This document shows, piece after piece, positions 11,101-21,585 of a DNA stretch of 64,000 nt (positions are counted from its first letter, which is position 1; every line of letters starts with the position of its first letter). Both the position numbers and the translations under genes were made by a program. The notes beneath the pieces are model-generated. The model searched no databases. It had not been told where the DNA came from and was given only the letters and a program-made list of their open reading frames with translations. The DNA comes from Mayamaea pseudoterrestris (Eukaryota), in assembly GCA_027923505.1 (NCBI GenBank), contig BROI01000037.1, positions 1 to 64,000 of the forward strand, read 5' to 3'.

Positions 11101-14100
11101 GCTGTCGTTATCGCCTGGATCGTTGGAAAGTGTATATTGCATGCAACTCATGACACCATACACTTGGGAGCATATATCTTGTATATGTACCAGCTCATCT
11201 TCCGTAGGAGTCGCTCCTGGCTTGGATCCTGACACGCTGACCATCCCTGTTCCATCAGAAAGCTCTTGAAAGGGTGTCTGAATAACTTCCGGTAATCCGG
11301 CGAATGTAGTGACTGAAGAATATTTGTTCCTTGTCAACCTATTTAGAAAACGAATCCATTCAAATTGATCGAGCATATCGTCGCGGTTGGCATCGCCAAT
11401 GATAAGAGCAATCTTGCATGCAGACGTTTCCGATTCGCTCATCGGTGCTGGCTCTGGGCATGTCAAGTTACCGGCACTGGCACCAGAAGGCGGCGCGATG
11501 GTGCCATTGGAACCCACAGCGACGGCGGACCATACTGCGCCACATAGATCCTCCAAGGCCGATGCGTTTGAAGCAGGCATGGGATCAGAAGCAATTCCCC
11601 AAGCATGAATGACGGTCACGTCCCTGTATGACTCAAAAGTGGATATTAGCGAGGGATCCAGGTAACGAAAAACATTGGAAAAGGTGTTGTTGCCGAGGAT
11701 GTTGACAAAATTTGTGTACTCGTCCGTAACAAGACTCTCATCCTGGTTAACGTCAGCTTCTTTCAAAGCGCCAATGCAGCTGATTGTTGCTGGAGTCAGA
11801 TCGGCAACAAATACAAGTGGGTCTGACGTCGTTCCATTCGGTTCTGCCTCCATCGGTGGCTGAATGACGCCTGCTGTAAGTCTTGATACTGCCTTCCAAA
11901 CGTCTGTGCACAATCCTTCCAGTGACGTAGCATTCGAAGCAGGTATCGGATTAGATCCAATACCAGTGACATGTACGACACTAACATCTCGTCGCGACTC
12001 GAATATTGATTGCAAAGACTCGTCAAGATAGCGAAAGGCTTTCGAAAAAGAATCTTGACCCAAAACATTGACAAAGTTTGTAAACTCGTCAGTCGCTAGA
12101 CTCTCATCCCGGTTGGCGTCAACTTGGTTCATGGCGTCGACGCAAACTTGCGTTGCAGGCGTTAGATCAGAGACGGCAATAGGCGCCTCGGTCGGAACGA
12201 CAACTGGCAAGGCGTTTAATATTTCGGTGCACAGTTGTTCCAGCGCTGTCGCATTGGTCGCAGGCATTGGATCCAAGAATATGCCAGCTGCCGGAATGAC
12301 CGTGACCTCTCGATGCGACTCAAAGACAGCAATGAGCGCTGGATCCAAGTAGCGAAAGGCTTGCGGTGACGTGTTATCAGTCAATATATTCACCAAAGTA
12401 GTGTACTCATCCGACGCTATTTGCTCGTCCAGATTAGCATCGGCTTGCTTCATGGCGGTGACACAGGTTTGCGTGCCTGATGTCAAATCCGCAAACGCCA
12501 CTGGTGGTGCCGTTGGTGCCGCGGTCGGTGGTAAAACGGCGCCCGCTCCAGAGACTTCCGTCGGTACAGCGATTGTTCCATTCGAGACTTTCACAATAGC
12601 CGTCCAAACGTCAGTGCACAAATCGTCCAAATAGGCAAAATCTTGCGCCAACACTTGGTTGCTAGCTTCGGCAACGTTGACACCAGTCACAGGCATGGCG
12701 CTAAAGACCCGTCGAGCTTCGAATATCTCAATCAGCGAGTCATCCAAGAATCGAAAGGCTAGCGGAAAGGTTTGCTGGCCAAGAATGTTGCAAAAGGCGG
12801 TATACTCGTCAGTTGCCAAGTTGTCATCCTTGTTGACATCGGACGTGCCAATGGCATTGAGGCAAACTTGCGTGGAAGCTGACAACTCTGCAACTGGAAT
12901 GGGCGCTGCGGATGGTGACAAGGACGGCGCAAACGTGACTGTAATAGTGGGTAATAAACTGGGCGTGGTGGAAGGTACAACAGATGGCGACTCTGATAAT
13001 GTAGTCACTGGTAATGTCGGTAAACCAGTGCCTGATGTAGTATCAGTCGTTGTAGGTGTGATTGATGGAGCCTGCGAATCTGGAGCGAGCGTGCTGGCAA
13101 ACAGTGATGGTGCCTTTGACGGCATTGCCGAGGCCGTCGGAGCAACCGTAAATCCACTAGTCTCTGCACTTGTCGGTGCCAGACTCGTCGTCGTTGCAGA
13201 AGCACTGCTAGTGCTTGTTGCAGTCGCCACTGCCGTTGGCAGCATGGTCGTCAACGGCGGTTCCGTTGCGACGGGAGCTTCGGTTGCTACATCCGATGCC
13301 GCCACCGTGACTTCTAGATTCGTCATGCTGCAAAAGTTGCGCTGCCAAACGTCGTCGTCGTTAACAAGGCTGACTGCCGTGGCAATGCCAGCAAAGTCGA
13401 TGAAAACCGTCTGCACACTCTCCGGCAGTTCCGCAAACGCAAAGCCAGAAGCAGCGTCGTTCGTCAAATCGTTCACCAAGAAAACATACTCGTCTTCGTC
13501 CAACACGTTATTGCCGCTGGAGTCTGCTGTAGCGGTACTTGCCACGCAGGATGGCGCATCCACTACAACGCTCCAAACGTTGTAAATGCTGGCATAGAGC
13601 GAGTCGCACAGGGCAAAGGTGGCGTCGTAGTTGGCATCGGCAGCAGCTACGGCAGCGTCATTTGGACCAACGATCAATATGCCACCACTCGTGGAATCTG
13701 CATTGGCGGTATAAATTTCCGTCACGCTTGGTGGAACGTTGGCAAAATCGTTGAAAATGTCAATTCGTTGGTGGCTCAGCTCCAGGACGGCTGCGGCATA
13801 TTCGGTGCGGTCCAAGCTCAAGTCTGCATTGGCGTCGGCTCGTTGCAGCACGCCAAAGCACTTTGTAAAGTAATTGATGGATTGCGCTGAAACGACAACG
13901 TTTGCAAAAGAAGCGAATAGAAGAATGAGCAGCAAGAGCAGTCGGTGCTGCTGCTGTCGTTTGCCGAGTTGAGCAAAGCAATTTAGAACTCTTAGCAATC
14001 TTAGACACGAGTCATTCCATATTGACTTCATTATCCCTTCCAATCGTTGCTGCATCACAACAAAACAAGTGGATTGTCGGTGTTCAAGTAGCCTTGGTCG

Positions 14101-14166
14101 CTTCATATTGATGGGTCGTGCTGCTGATTGCTGGGTCTGGTCACTGCAAGCAGTTTTCGTTGCCAT
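8148..14166 (-). CDS. Giant type I membrane protein A (~1950 aa): nine Cys-flanked EF-hand-like repeats, RXL motif, TM helix, acidic cytosolic tail
   Basis: ORFs 10957..14196 and 8148..10940 join in frame via a GT-AG intron 10960-10864 (…LTDNR|YINKAF…). Hydrophobic leader LLLLLILLFASFANVVVSA; repeats such as C-x7-DANRDDMLDQFEWIRFLNRL; RGRRLQ; TM AIIGIAAAVAVVIAALCIGIYVCY; E/D/S-rich tail. The start codon is uncertain (14166, 14106 or later). Confidence 0.8.
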
Positions 14167-14697
14167 GGTAGCGCTGTACTGTCCTACTAGATACACACTG
14201 TATTAGGTGCTTGCTGCAGTGAGTTAGTAGCTTGATGAACGAGAATCTGGCCAAATAACAATCCGCATGGCCAACTTTTGCCGCCTGAACGGACTCGGCC
14301 CTCCATCGTCGTCGCCCAATTCGCTCTTGATCGTGATCCGACGAAACGAGAGAGTACACTTTGAGCGATTGTATTAGTGAATTAACAAAAAACATCTCAC
14401 ATCTTACTATCGATCAAACAGTACGGAATGGCTGAACTGCTTCTGAGCTTTCGAGGCACGATCAATCCTGCATGACTGATTCCGTCGTACCGGTATTCAG
14501 CGGCGCATGACAACAACTCGCTCCAATCCCATGCATACCGCATAGCTTTCCTTGCAGCCTATAGTATCGTGCCAAACATGAGGTTTACTATTGCAGGGAT
14601 GGTGCAGCAGATGAATCACTTGTTGGCGGAAAACCCCTGCATCTGACACACTTTATTGCCAGCAACAATTTTCATTTATACAGTAAGCATAATTTTA

Positions 14698-17600
14698 CTA
14701 GTCATCATATTCACCCGAGTATGTTGTACGAGACCGGCTGCCATCACCACTCACATACGAGCCCGACTGGTAGCTACCTTCCTCACCGGAGCGGTAGCTT
14801 TGTGATCCTTCGTCTCCACTCACGTAGGAACCTTCGTCGCCAGAGCGATATGACCGCGAGCCTTCTCCGCTAACGTAGGAGCCTTCTTCCTCTCCCGATC
14901 GGTATGATCGCGAGCCTTCTCCGCTAACGTAGGAGCCTTCTTCCTCTCCCGAGCGGTAGGACCGTGATCCTTCACCACTGACAAAGGAGCCTTCGTCTTC
15001 GCCCGAACGGTAGGACCGTGATCCTTCACCACTAACGTAGGAGCCTTCCTCTCCCGATCGGTACGAGCGAGAACCTTCACCACTTACGTAGGACCCTTCG
15101 TCACCTGATCGACGGGAACGAGAACCATCACCACTAATGTATGATCCTTCGTCACCTGATCGACGAGAACGAGAAGCATCACCGCTAATGTAGGAACCTT
15201 CATCCCCTGAACGATGGGAGCGCGAGCCTTCACCGCTAATGTAGGATCCTTCATCATTTGAACGACGGGAGCGAGAGCCTTCACCGCTAATGTAGGATCC
15301 CTCATCCTCGCCGGATCTATAGGAACGCGATCCTTCGCCACTGACATAGGATCCTCCGTCCCCTGATCGATATGACTGACTGCCGTTCCCACTTCGATAG
15401 GATCCAGTTCTGCTGCCGTCTCCACTTCGATACGAGCCTGTTCGACTTGCATCTCCACTCTGATACGATCCAGTTCGACTCCCTTGGCCACTTATGTATG
15501 AACGAGTACCATCGCCGCTAACAAATGAACCTTGATCATCTCCACTGTAATGAGAGCCAGTCCGGCTATCGGCGCCACTAACGTAAGATTTTGATCCTTC
15601 GCCGCTAACATACGATCTTTGATCATCTCCGGAGCGAATGGAGCCTGTTTGATGGCTTCCAGTCCGACTGCCAGAGTATTGCGACCCACTGACGACACTT
15701 CCACTTGCTGCAGTGCCATCCTCCTTACTGTAATACGACTGCGATCCTGTGCCTGATCGCTCGTCACTGTAGTAGGATCGAGACCCGCTGCGTTCACTGC
15801 GAGAATATGAGCCGCTTCGGCTGTCGGATCGACTCTGATCGTCCGAGTAGGACCCGCTCTTGCTGTAGCTGCCTTCGCCATCACCGTAACCATTATCAAA
15901 TCCGGCATTCTGGGCACCAAAGCCGAAATTATTACCTCCGGCAGCGAATCCACCACCATCATCAAAAGCACCAACTTGAACGCCAATCGTACTGGCTGCA
16001 GCAATGGCAGCGGATCCTTCGGTACCACCTGGTCCAAAAGGTATATTTTCGCGCTGAGGCATTGCTTTACTCTTGTGCACCGCCTTGCGAGCACGTTGCG
16101 TCGCCGAACGTTCCTCCATTGTTTGCAGTGTGTGAATCAACTCCGCTTCTCTACCGGAGAATTGGTCCATCATTGCGTCAATGTTGTCCACCTCATCTGG
16201 CACTACTTTTTTCACAAGCGCTTCTACCTGTCCTCTATATTGTGCCCGCCTTCGTAACTCTTCCGACGAGTAGCTGACAAATGAGTCTCCAGCAGAGTCG
16301 TCATCTCGTGTCCGGTCTGGGTCGTACAGCACAGGTTTTGGCTCTGTTGACGAATTATCCGAGCCATCCGAGTGACTTAAACCTTCACTTTCTTGCAGCG
16401 ATGGTCGGCTAGGTTCTGAACCATCTCCGTCGGTCAAATCGTTGTCAATTTTTGTAGCAGCGGCCATGACACCGTCCCAATTTCCTTGGTCGACCATGGC
16501 GTCCAAATGACGCATATTGTCGGGTATTTCTGCAGTCTCAAAGTTTGGTTCTTTTCTAAATGCAACATCGTCTTCGCCATCATCATAGGACTCGTCGTCT
16601 TCCGAGCCAGAATCTGAATCGGACCCCGAACGATCACCTGACTGTCTACTACGTGAGGCCTTTGAATATTGGTCGCCGGTGGTGGAGCCATCTCCTCGTT
16701 TGCCCCACGCACTTTCGAATACATTATCTCCGTTCGCACCAAAAATATCATCCGTCGTATTCCCCATTCCGGCGACTGGGTCATCAAATCCATAGTCTGC
16801 AAAGTCATTTGCCGCCGTATCATTGAAAGCGTCAACTCCCAATTCACCGATAGCGCCGTCAAAAGTTCCAGCTGCAGTCTTCTTCTTTCCCAGACCAAAC
16901 TTGAATTTGTTACCCTTACCGCCACCTACAGCGTCCTCGTCGTCGTGTCCGCTTTGCGAAGGATCCTGATCCATGACACTAAAGGCGTTGCTCTCATCGT
17001 CGTCGTCTCCATATTTAAATTCATTGTCGGCAGCTTCTTTCGGAGTGGGTGCCGTCCCAAACTCGTAGTCATCATCGTCGTCATCACCATAAGCGGCTTT
17101 TTCAATATCGGCCGTCTTGTCGGCATCTTCGTCCTTGCGGTTTCGCTTGGATAAACATGGTATTTCCGGCAGCCATATCATGACGTCTTCGCAACTCATG
17201 TTGTTGCGACGAGCGTAGTAAATTCCTCCTCCAACGAGACAGATGAGCAAGAGGACAACAATGATAGACGCTGCAATTGCACCAGTATTAGTTTTTTCAC
17301 CCGACTCCTCGGATTCGCTCTCATCATCGTCCGCGGTGACACCAGGGTCAGCTGGAGGCTGAATCGGCAAGTTGGAATTGACGACGACTAGCGCCGTCGC
17401 TGGGTATGCTTCGAGTATATCCGCTTGCAGATCTTTCGGAATATTCTTCATGGTCTGCTGCATGAGTTGATCCGAAATGACCTTTGTATTATCTACATTG
17501 GACATGGAAACGTTAAAGCTCGAATATATTTTTGTGCAGGTGCCCGTGGTTTGTGTTCCATTAGCAAAAGGAGGACAAGGAGCGTAGTCGACCAGCTGAT

Positions 17601-19608
17601 AGTTTTCAGTCGAACCATCGGCCAAATACAAGGCCGGTGCTGCGTCGACAGCATCCTGTAACAGACGACTCTCACCAGTTGTTTGCAAAAATAAACGAAA
17701 CTGGTCGTTCACAAAGGTTGCGTAACCCTCATCAAGCGCCTTTCGATTCTGCCCCGTCCGTAGCGAAATAGCCGTAATGGCACCATTTGGATCCGAAACA
17801 ATCCAGGCATTGTAAATTGTCGCGTTGACGGCGTTCTCTAGTGGCGGTGAAGGCACCGTCTGATCATCGCTCGTTGGATTTAAGGACTCGTTCACGGCGG
17901 CAACGGTCGAATTGCAAACGTCGGCCAAATGTTCCTCTTGATCAGCTGTCGGTGCATCGCCTGGTTTGCTTCCAGCAATGTCAATTGCGTCTTCACCAGC
18001 CGCCAAGTCGTCAAAGTTGTTTTGCAGCGTTTCATCCAACTCGGAGTAGTCCGTGGCAGAAATGGCGCGAGCACTTGCGTAGGTGAGGAACCGCAGGTAT
18101 TCCGTTTCACTCAATGCGTCATCTCGATCCAAGTCGGAAACGGCGAGGTATTGGAGGCATCGCGTGTATTCTAGCTCAATACTTGTCGATGGTGAAGATG
18201 CTTCTGCTGATGGTGCACTAGTAGTAACACCGCTTGCCGTTGGAACAGTCGCATCCGTTGTTGGCGCAGCGCCTGGACTAGTAGTCGTTGCTCCTCCACC
18301 ACTACTTCCTCCAGCCTCCTGCAAGGCAGCATCCGTCGCGTCACAAACTTCCTGCAAGTGCGCCAGTTCATCATCCGTCGGCGTCGAACCAGGCGCCGAT
18401 CCGTCAATCAAAATGCCTTGCGCGGAAACGTTTGAAAGCGTTTCAAAACTCTCCTGCAGCGCCACTGGCAGTGTATCGTAGGTTTCCGAATAGTAGGTGT
18501 TGCTGGTGAGTCGATTCAAAAAGCGCACATATTCATTGGACTCCAAGACGCCGTTGCGCGTCAAGTCGGAAAAGGCCAAGCTGGTGGTGCATTCCGTAAA
18601 CGTAAAGGACGTTTCGCTAGTGGTGGTAGTAGTTGTTGCCGTCGGTGCGTTTGTCGAAGCAAACAAGGTGGGACTTGGAGCTGCCGCTGATGGACTCGAT
18701 GCGGGTGCTGGCGTTGTACCACTTTTTGCTGCACTCGTGTAGATTGCCACGGCGGCTTGATCACAAAGATCCGCCAGGAATAGTTCTTGTTCGTCCGTTG
18801 GCGTTTCACTCGGCTTGCTGCCCGTCACGTCAATTGTAGTCGACGACGCAAAATCAACAAACACATTTTGCACGGGAGTTGCCAATTCGCTATAGTCGGT
18901 GACGCTTGCCAAGTCGCCGTTGGCCAAAAAGTTGACGAACCGTACGTACTCGTAGTCTTGACTCAGCGACGCGTCGCGGTCGGCGTCGCCGACGATCAAG
19001 CCCACCGTACATTGCTGCGAGGTGAAGGAAACGTTGAGTGCTTGCAGCAAGGCTTGATAGAGTGATCGACAGGCGGTTGCTGTGGCTGTGGAGTCGCTGC
19101 TCAAGTCAATGCCGTCGATATACGTATCAAAGGTTGTTTCCAATGATGAGCCTGACGTGACAGAAGTGACTGCGCCGTTTGACAATGTTTCCACCGCTTG
19201 AGCGTACTCCGTGGCATCCAAACTGCCGTCCGAGTCTGCATCTGCTGATTGCAACGCGCTCGAGCAAGTGTCAAAGGGTAGTGCGCTTATGGTGGTTGAT
19301 TGTAATGCAAGGAGAAAGAGGAGCGACAGCAGCAAGGTGGATTGCAGTGGCATGAATCGTTGCTGCAGCGAAACTCGTCTTCGTCGTTGTCGTTGCTTAA
19401 CATTACTATTTCCACATGTCTGATTTTGCTTGAATGGAGCTTTTGGAGTAACACATGTTCGACGGAATTGGTGCGTAGGTTCGTGCCGACGACGGGTCCT
19501 CGTCGTTTGAAATTTCTCCTCGTGATGGCTGATGCTAGTTTTCGTTTCTGCTGCCGTTTTCAATGATTGCATCACTATTCCACAGAGCCTCCGCCGTCGT
19601 TCCTGCAT
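14698..19608 (-). CDS. Giant type I membrane protein B (paralogue of A): four EF-hand-like repeats, RXL, TM, cytosolic conserved motif and S/G/Y/R/E tandem repeats
   Basis: Single 1636-aa ORF. Signal-like MPLQSTLLLSLLFLLALQSTTISA (ATG 19353 is an alternative start); DADSDGSLDATE-type loops; ESRLLQ; TM AIAASIIVVLLLICLVGGGIYY; VPDEVDNIDAMMDQFSGREAELIHTLQTM shared with protein A. Confidence 0.85.
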   Translation of the reverse strand: MQERRRRLCGIVMQSLKTAAETKTSISHHEEKFQTTRTRRRHEPTHQFRRTCVTPKAPFKQNQTCGNSNVKQRQRRRRVSLQQRFMPLQSTLLLSLLFLLALQSTTISALPFDTCSSALQSADADSDGSLDATEYAQAVETLSNGAVTSVTSGSSLETTFDTYIDGIDLSSDSTATATACRSLYQALLQALNVSFTSQQCTVGLIVGDADRDASLSQDYEYVRFVNFLANGDLASVTDYSELATPVQNVFVDFASSTTIDVTGSKPSETPTDEQELFLADLCDQAAVAIYTSAAKSGTTPAPASSPSAAAPSPTLFASTNAPTATTTTTTSETSFTFTECTTSLAFSDLTRNGVLESNEYVRFLNRLTSNTYYSETYDTLPVALQESFETLSNVSAQGILIDGSAPGSTPTDDELAHLQEVCDATDAALQEAGGSSGGGATTTSPGAAPTTDATVPTASGVTTSAPSAEASSPSTSIELEYTRCLQYLAVSDLDRDDALSETEYLRFLTYASARAISATDYSELDETLQNNFDDLAAGEDAIDIAGSKPGDAPTADQEEHLADVCNSTVAAVNESLNPTSDDQTVPSPPLENAVNATIYNAWIVSDPNGAITAISLRTGQNRKALDEGYATFVNDQFRLFLQTTGESRLLQDAVDAAPALYLADGSTENYQLVDYAPCPPFANGTQTTGTCTKIYSSFNVSMSNVDNTKVISDQLMQQTMKNIPKDLQADILEAYPATALVVVNSNLPIQPPADPGVTADDDESESEESGEKTNTGAIAASIIVVLLLICLVGGGIYYARRNNMSCEDVMIWLPEIPCLSKRNRKDEDADKTADIEKAAYGDDDDDDYEFGTAPTPKEAADNEFKYGDDDDESNAFSVMDQDPSQSGHDDEDAVGGGKGNKFKFGLGKKKTAAGTFDGAIGELGVDAFNDTAANDFADYGFDDPVAGMGNTTDDIFGANGDNVFESAWGKRGDGSTTGDQYSKASRSRQSGDRSGSDSDSGSEDDESYDDGEDDVAFRKEPNFETAEIPDNMRHLDAMVDQGNWDGVMAAATKIDNDLTDGDGSEPSRPSLQESEGLSHSDGSDNSSTEPKPVLYDPDRTRDDDSAGDSFVSYSSEELRRRAQYRGQVEALVKKVVPDEVDNIDAMMDQFSGREAELIHTLQTMEERSATQRARKAVHKSKAMPQRENIPFGPGGTEGSAAIAAASTIGVQVGAFDDGGGFAAGGNNFGFGAQNAGFDNGYGDGEGSYSKSGSYSDDQSRSDSRSGSYSRSERSGSRSYYSDERSGTGSQSYYSKEDGTAASGSVVSGSQYSGSRTGSHQTGSIRSGDDQRSYVSGEGSKSYVSGADSRTGSHYSGDDQGSFVSGDGTRSYISGQGSRTGSYQSGDASRTGSYRSGDGSRTGSYRSGNGSQSYRSGDGGSYVSGEGSRSYRSGEDEGSYISGEGSRSRRSNDEGSYISGEGSRSHRSGDEGSYISGDASRSRRSGDEGSYISGDGSRSRRSGDEGSYVSGEGSRSYRSGEEGSYVSGEGSRSYRSGEDEGSFVSGEGSRSYRSGEEEGSYVSGEGSRSYRSGEEEGSYVSGEGSRSYRSGDEGSYVSGDEGSQSYRSGEEGSYQSGSYVSGDGSRSRTTYSGEYDD
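14740..15370 (-). repeat. Coding tandem repeat, about 11 copies of a 51-54 bp unit (EGSY[IV]SG[ED]GSRSxRSG[DE])
   Basis: Directly visible, e.g. gagccttctccgctaacgtaggagccttcttcctctccc recurs at a 54-bp spacing near 14858 and 14912. Confidence 0.9.
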
Positions 19609-20231
19609 TATAAGTGTATCTAGCTATATATTGTGCTCTCAATAAAATGCTGTAATACCGTAGCTGGTGCAATTGGATGGATTCACAATCAACCGGAGGA
19701 GGGAGCGGTCAAGCAGTCTTCATGTCGCGGTCGCGAAGTCGCGCGGCGCGGCGCGGCGCGGCAGCATCATCGTCCGTTCCGTTTCGACGAATTTGTTGAC
19801 AAAAATAGTTATGCCCCAAATGACGAATGACTGTTTTTGGCACGATCGGACACCGGGTCACGTTAGCTACCTACACTTTGCCAGTGATTAAGGTGACAAG
19901 GAGGGAGTCCTGCTTTTTGAAGAATGCAGTCATGCCGTTTGGCTATCATCAATTAAATGCAATAAGATAATTTCATTAATAATAGGCCTATGGTGCTTTT
20001 TCGAAGCAATTTGTTGGCGTGTACCAATTCAAATTATATTGCGCACTGAATTAAGCACAGTACATCAGGTATAGGAACTACAGTTCTGTACGGTATATCA
20101 AAGCAGTTTCTAACCTTGATCACCACCATGCACTCTGACAATATTATGCTGAGTAGATCTGAAGCTATATGTCCTTGTCGCGAATTGGTAGCAGGTCCGA
20201 AAAGGTGCCATTATCGACTCAAATCGACCAC

Positions 20232-20959
20232 CTAAACAAGACTCTGTCCACCAAATTCATCCGGTACCTTGTGATCCTGCTTCATGCCCGTCGTCTCGTA
20301 GACTGTCTCCACCGCCAAGCGCTTCGAGCCGGTCCCCTTGCCTTTGAATCCAACGTAGGTAATTTCCGTTCCTCGTCCACCGTCGTAGTTGTCCACAACA
20401 AAGATTGTCACGGACGAAATGTTTTGAAACCTTCCGGCGGGCCGACATGGATAGTCAATCGTGCCATCTGCCAAATGTTCCGGTGGAAGTAGCTCCAGTT
20501 CCTGATCACCGTCCAACTCGCGCGCATCGTCAAAGTCCAAATCCTCGCGGTTGCAAAAGAGTTTAACCTTGCGAGGACTTGCGTAGTCATTGCTTGACGA
20601 GCTGTTTCGAATGGTAATGCTTTGCATAGTGACAGCTTCCGTGAATGGAATGGTCAGCAATAGCTCTGGATCATCTTCCGGCGATGTAAGGCTTGGTTTG
20701 TCGGAAAGTCGTTCCTCGTGGAGCTTTAGTATGGATTGCCCTGCGCCCTGAACATCTTCATTGAGACAAATGACTGTACAAATGGAAAGACATGTCAATT
20801 AAGCACGTAAGTGAGAAAGTAGCAAGTTGAATACGGCTTGCAAAAGATTTTCTTCGAAAACTTGCCTCGATCAATGTCAATGTATTTGCGAAGACTGAGA
20901 CCCAAGTCGTCGGCATGATCATGGTCATGAGAGTGTCCACTGCATTCAGTAGGGTCCAT
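20232..20959 (-). CDS. PITHD1: PITH domain-containing protein (PITHD1-like)
   Basis: Exon 1 MDPTECSGHSHDHDHADDLGLSLRKYIDIDR, GC-AG intron 20865-20774, then VICLNE...DDPELLLTIPFTEAV...PRKVKLFCNREDLDFDDA...RFQNISSVTIFV..NY...TEITYVGFKG. Confidence 0.85.
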
Positions 20960-21223
20960 TGCTGATCAGTAGTTGAGTTGTATATTGCTAGGATGGTTTG
21001 TGGAGCGCAGTTACAAACGATTGTTGCGAACGTGTCGTCATGGTGAATCTCGCGCGGCGCGGATGAGCCGCTAGTGCCGCTACGACGCATGATACACGAC
21101 TGAAAGCTTCAAACGTGCTCGTTCAAATGCTGCGGGTTTGGCATTCGTAACAAGACGATTACCGTAGTTGATTATACACTCACAATATCACAAAGCAAAC
21201 GTTTATTCTTACAGCAACACATA

Positions 21224-21484
21224 ATGAGTCAGACAGATATGTATTACAGCAAGCGCAGCGTTTTGGACGACGAGACCGAGGAAACATACGACGACGATGG
21301 TTACAGCTCGTACGATGACTTTTCAGCAGGAGGAGGAAAGGCACGCGGTGGGAAACCAATAAAGAAGGCAACTAAATCATCATCGAGCGGCGGTAGTGGC
21401 GTATACTCATCGACCCATGTACGGCTGAAGGAAGCGCGCATGCTTGATCGACGCCAGGAGCGCAAGTCGAAACTTGCGAAATGA
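21224..21484 (+). CDS. Small hypothetical protein (86 aa), acidic N-half and basic C-half
   Basis: ATG-initiated ORF occupying the gap between two minus-strand genes, with protein-like composition. No family recognised. Confidence 0.5.
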   Translation: MSQTDMYYSKRSVLDDETEETYDDDGYSSYDDFSAGGGKARGGKPIKKATKSSSSGGSGVYSSTHVRLKEARMLDRRQERKSKLAK

Positions 21485-21585
21485 GGAGACTCTATGTTTA
21501 CATATAAGGCGACAGTGCCACGGTAACTGTAGTCGATGTTTAAAATGAATAGAGTCCAAAGTCTTTTTCTTCGTATGATTCACAT

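Noticed and set aside
8122..13585. Several long Ser/Val-rich plus-strand ORFs (8122, 8824, 12659 etc.)
   Set aside because: Antisense shadows of giant protein A's acidic and Thr-rich regions.
14740..15370. Regular repeats resembling a CRISPR array
   Set aside because: Units are contiguous in-frame coding repeats without unique spacers, the context is eukaryotic, and there are no cas genes.
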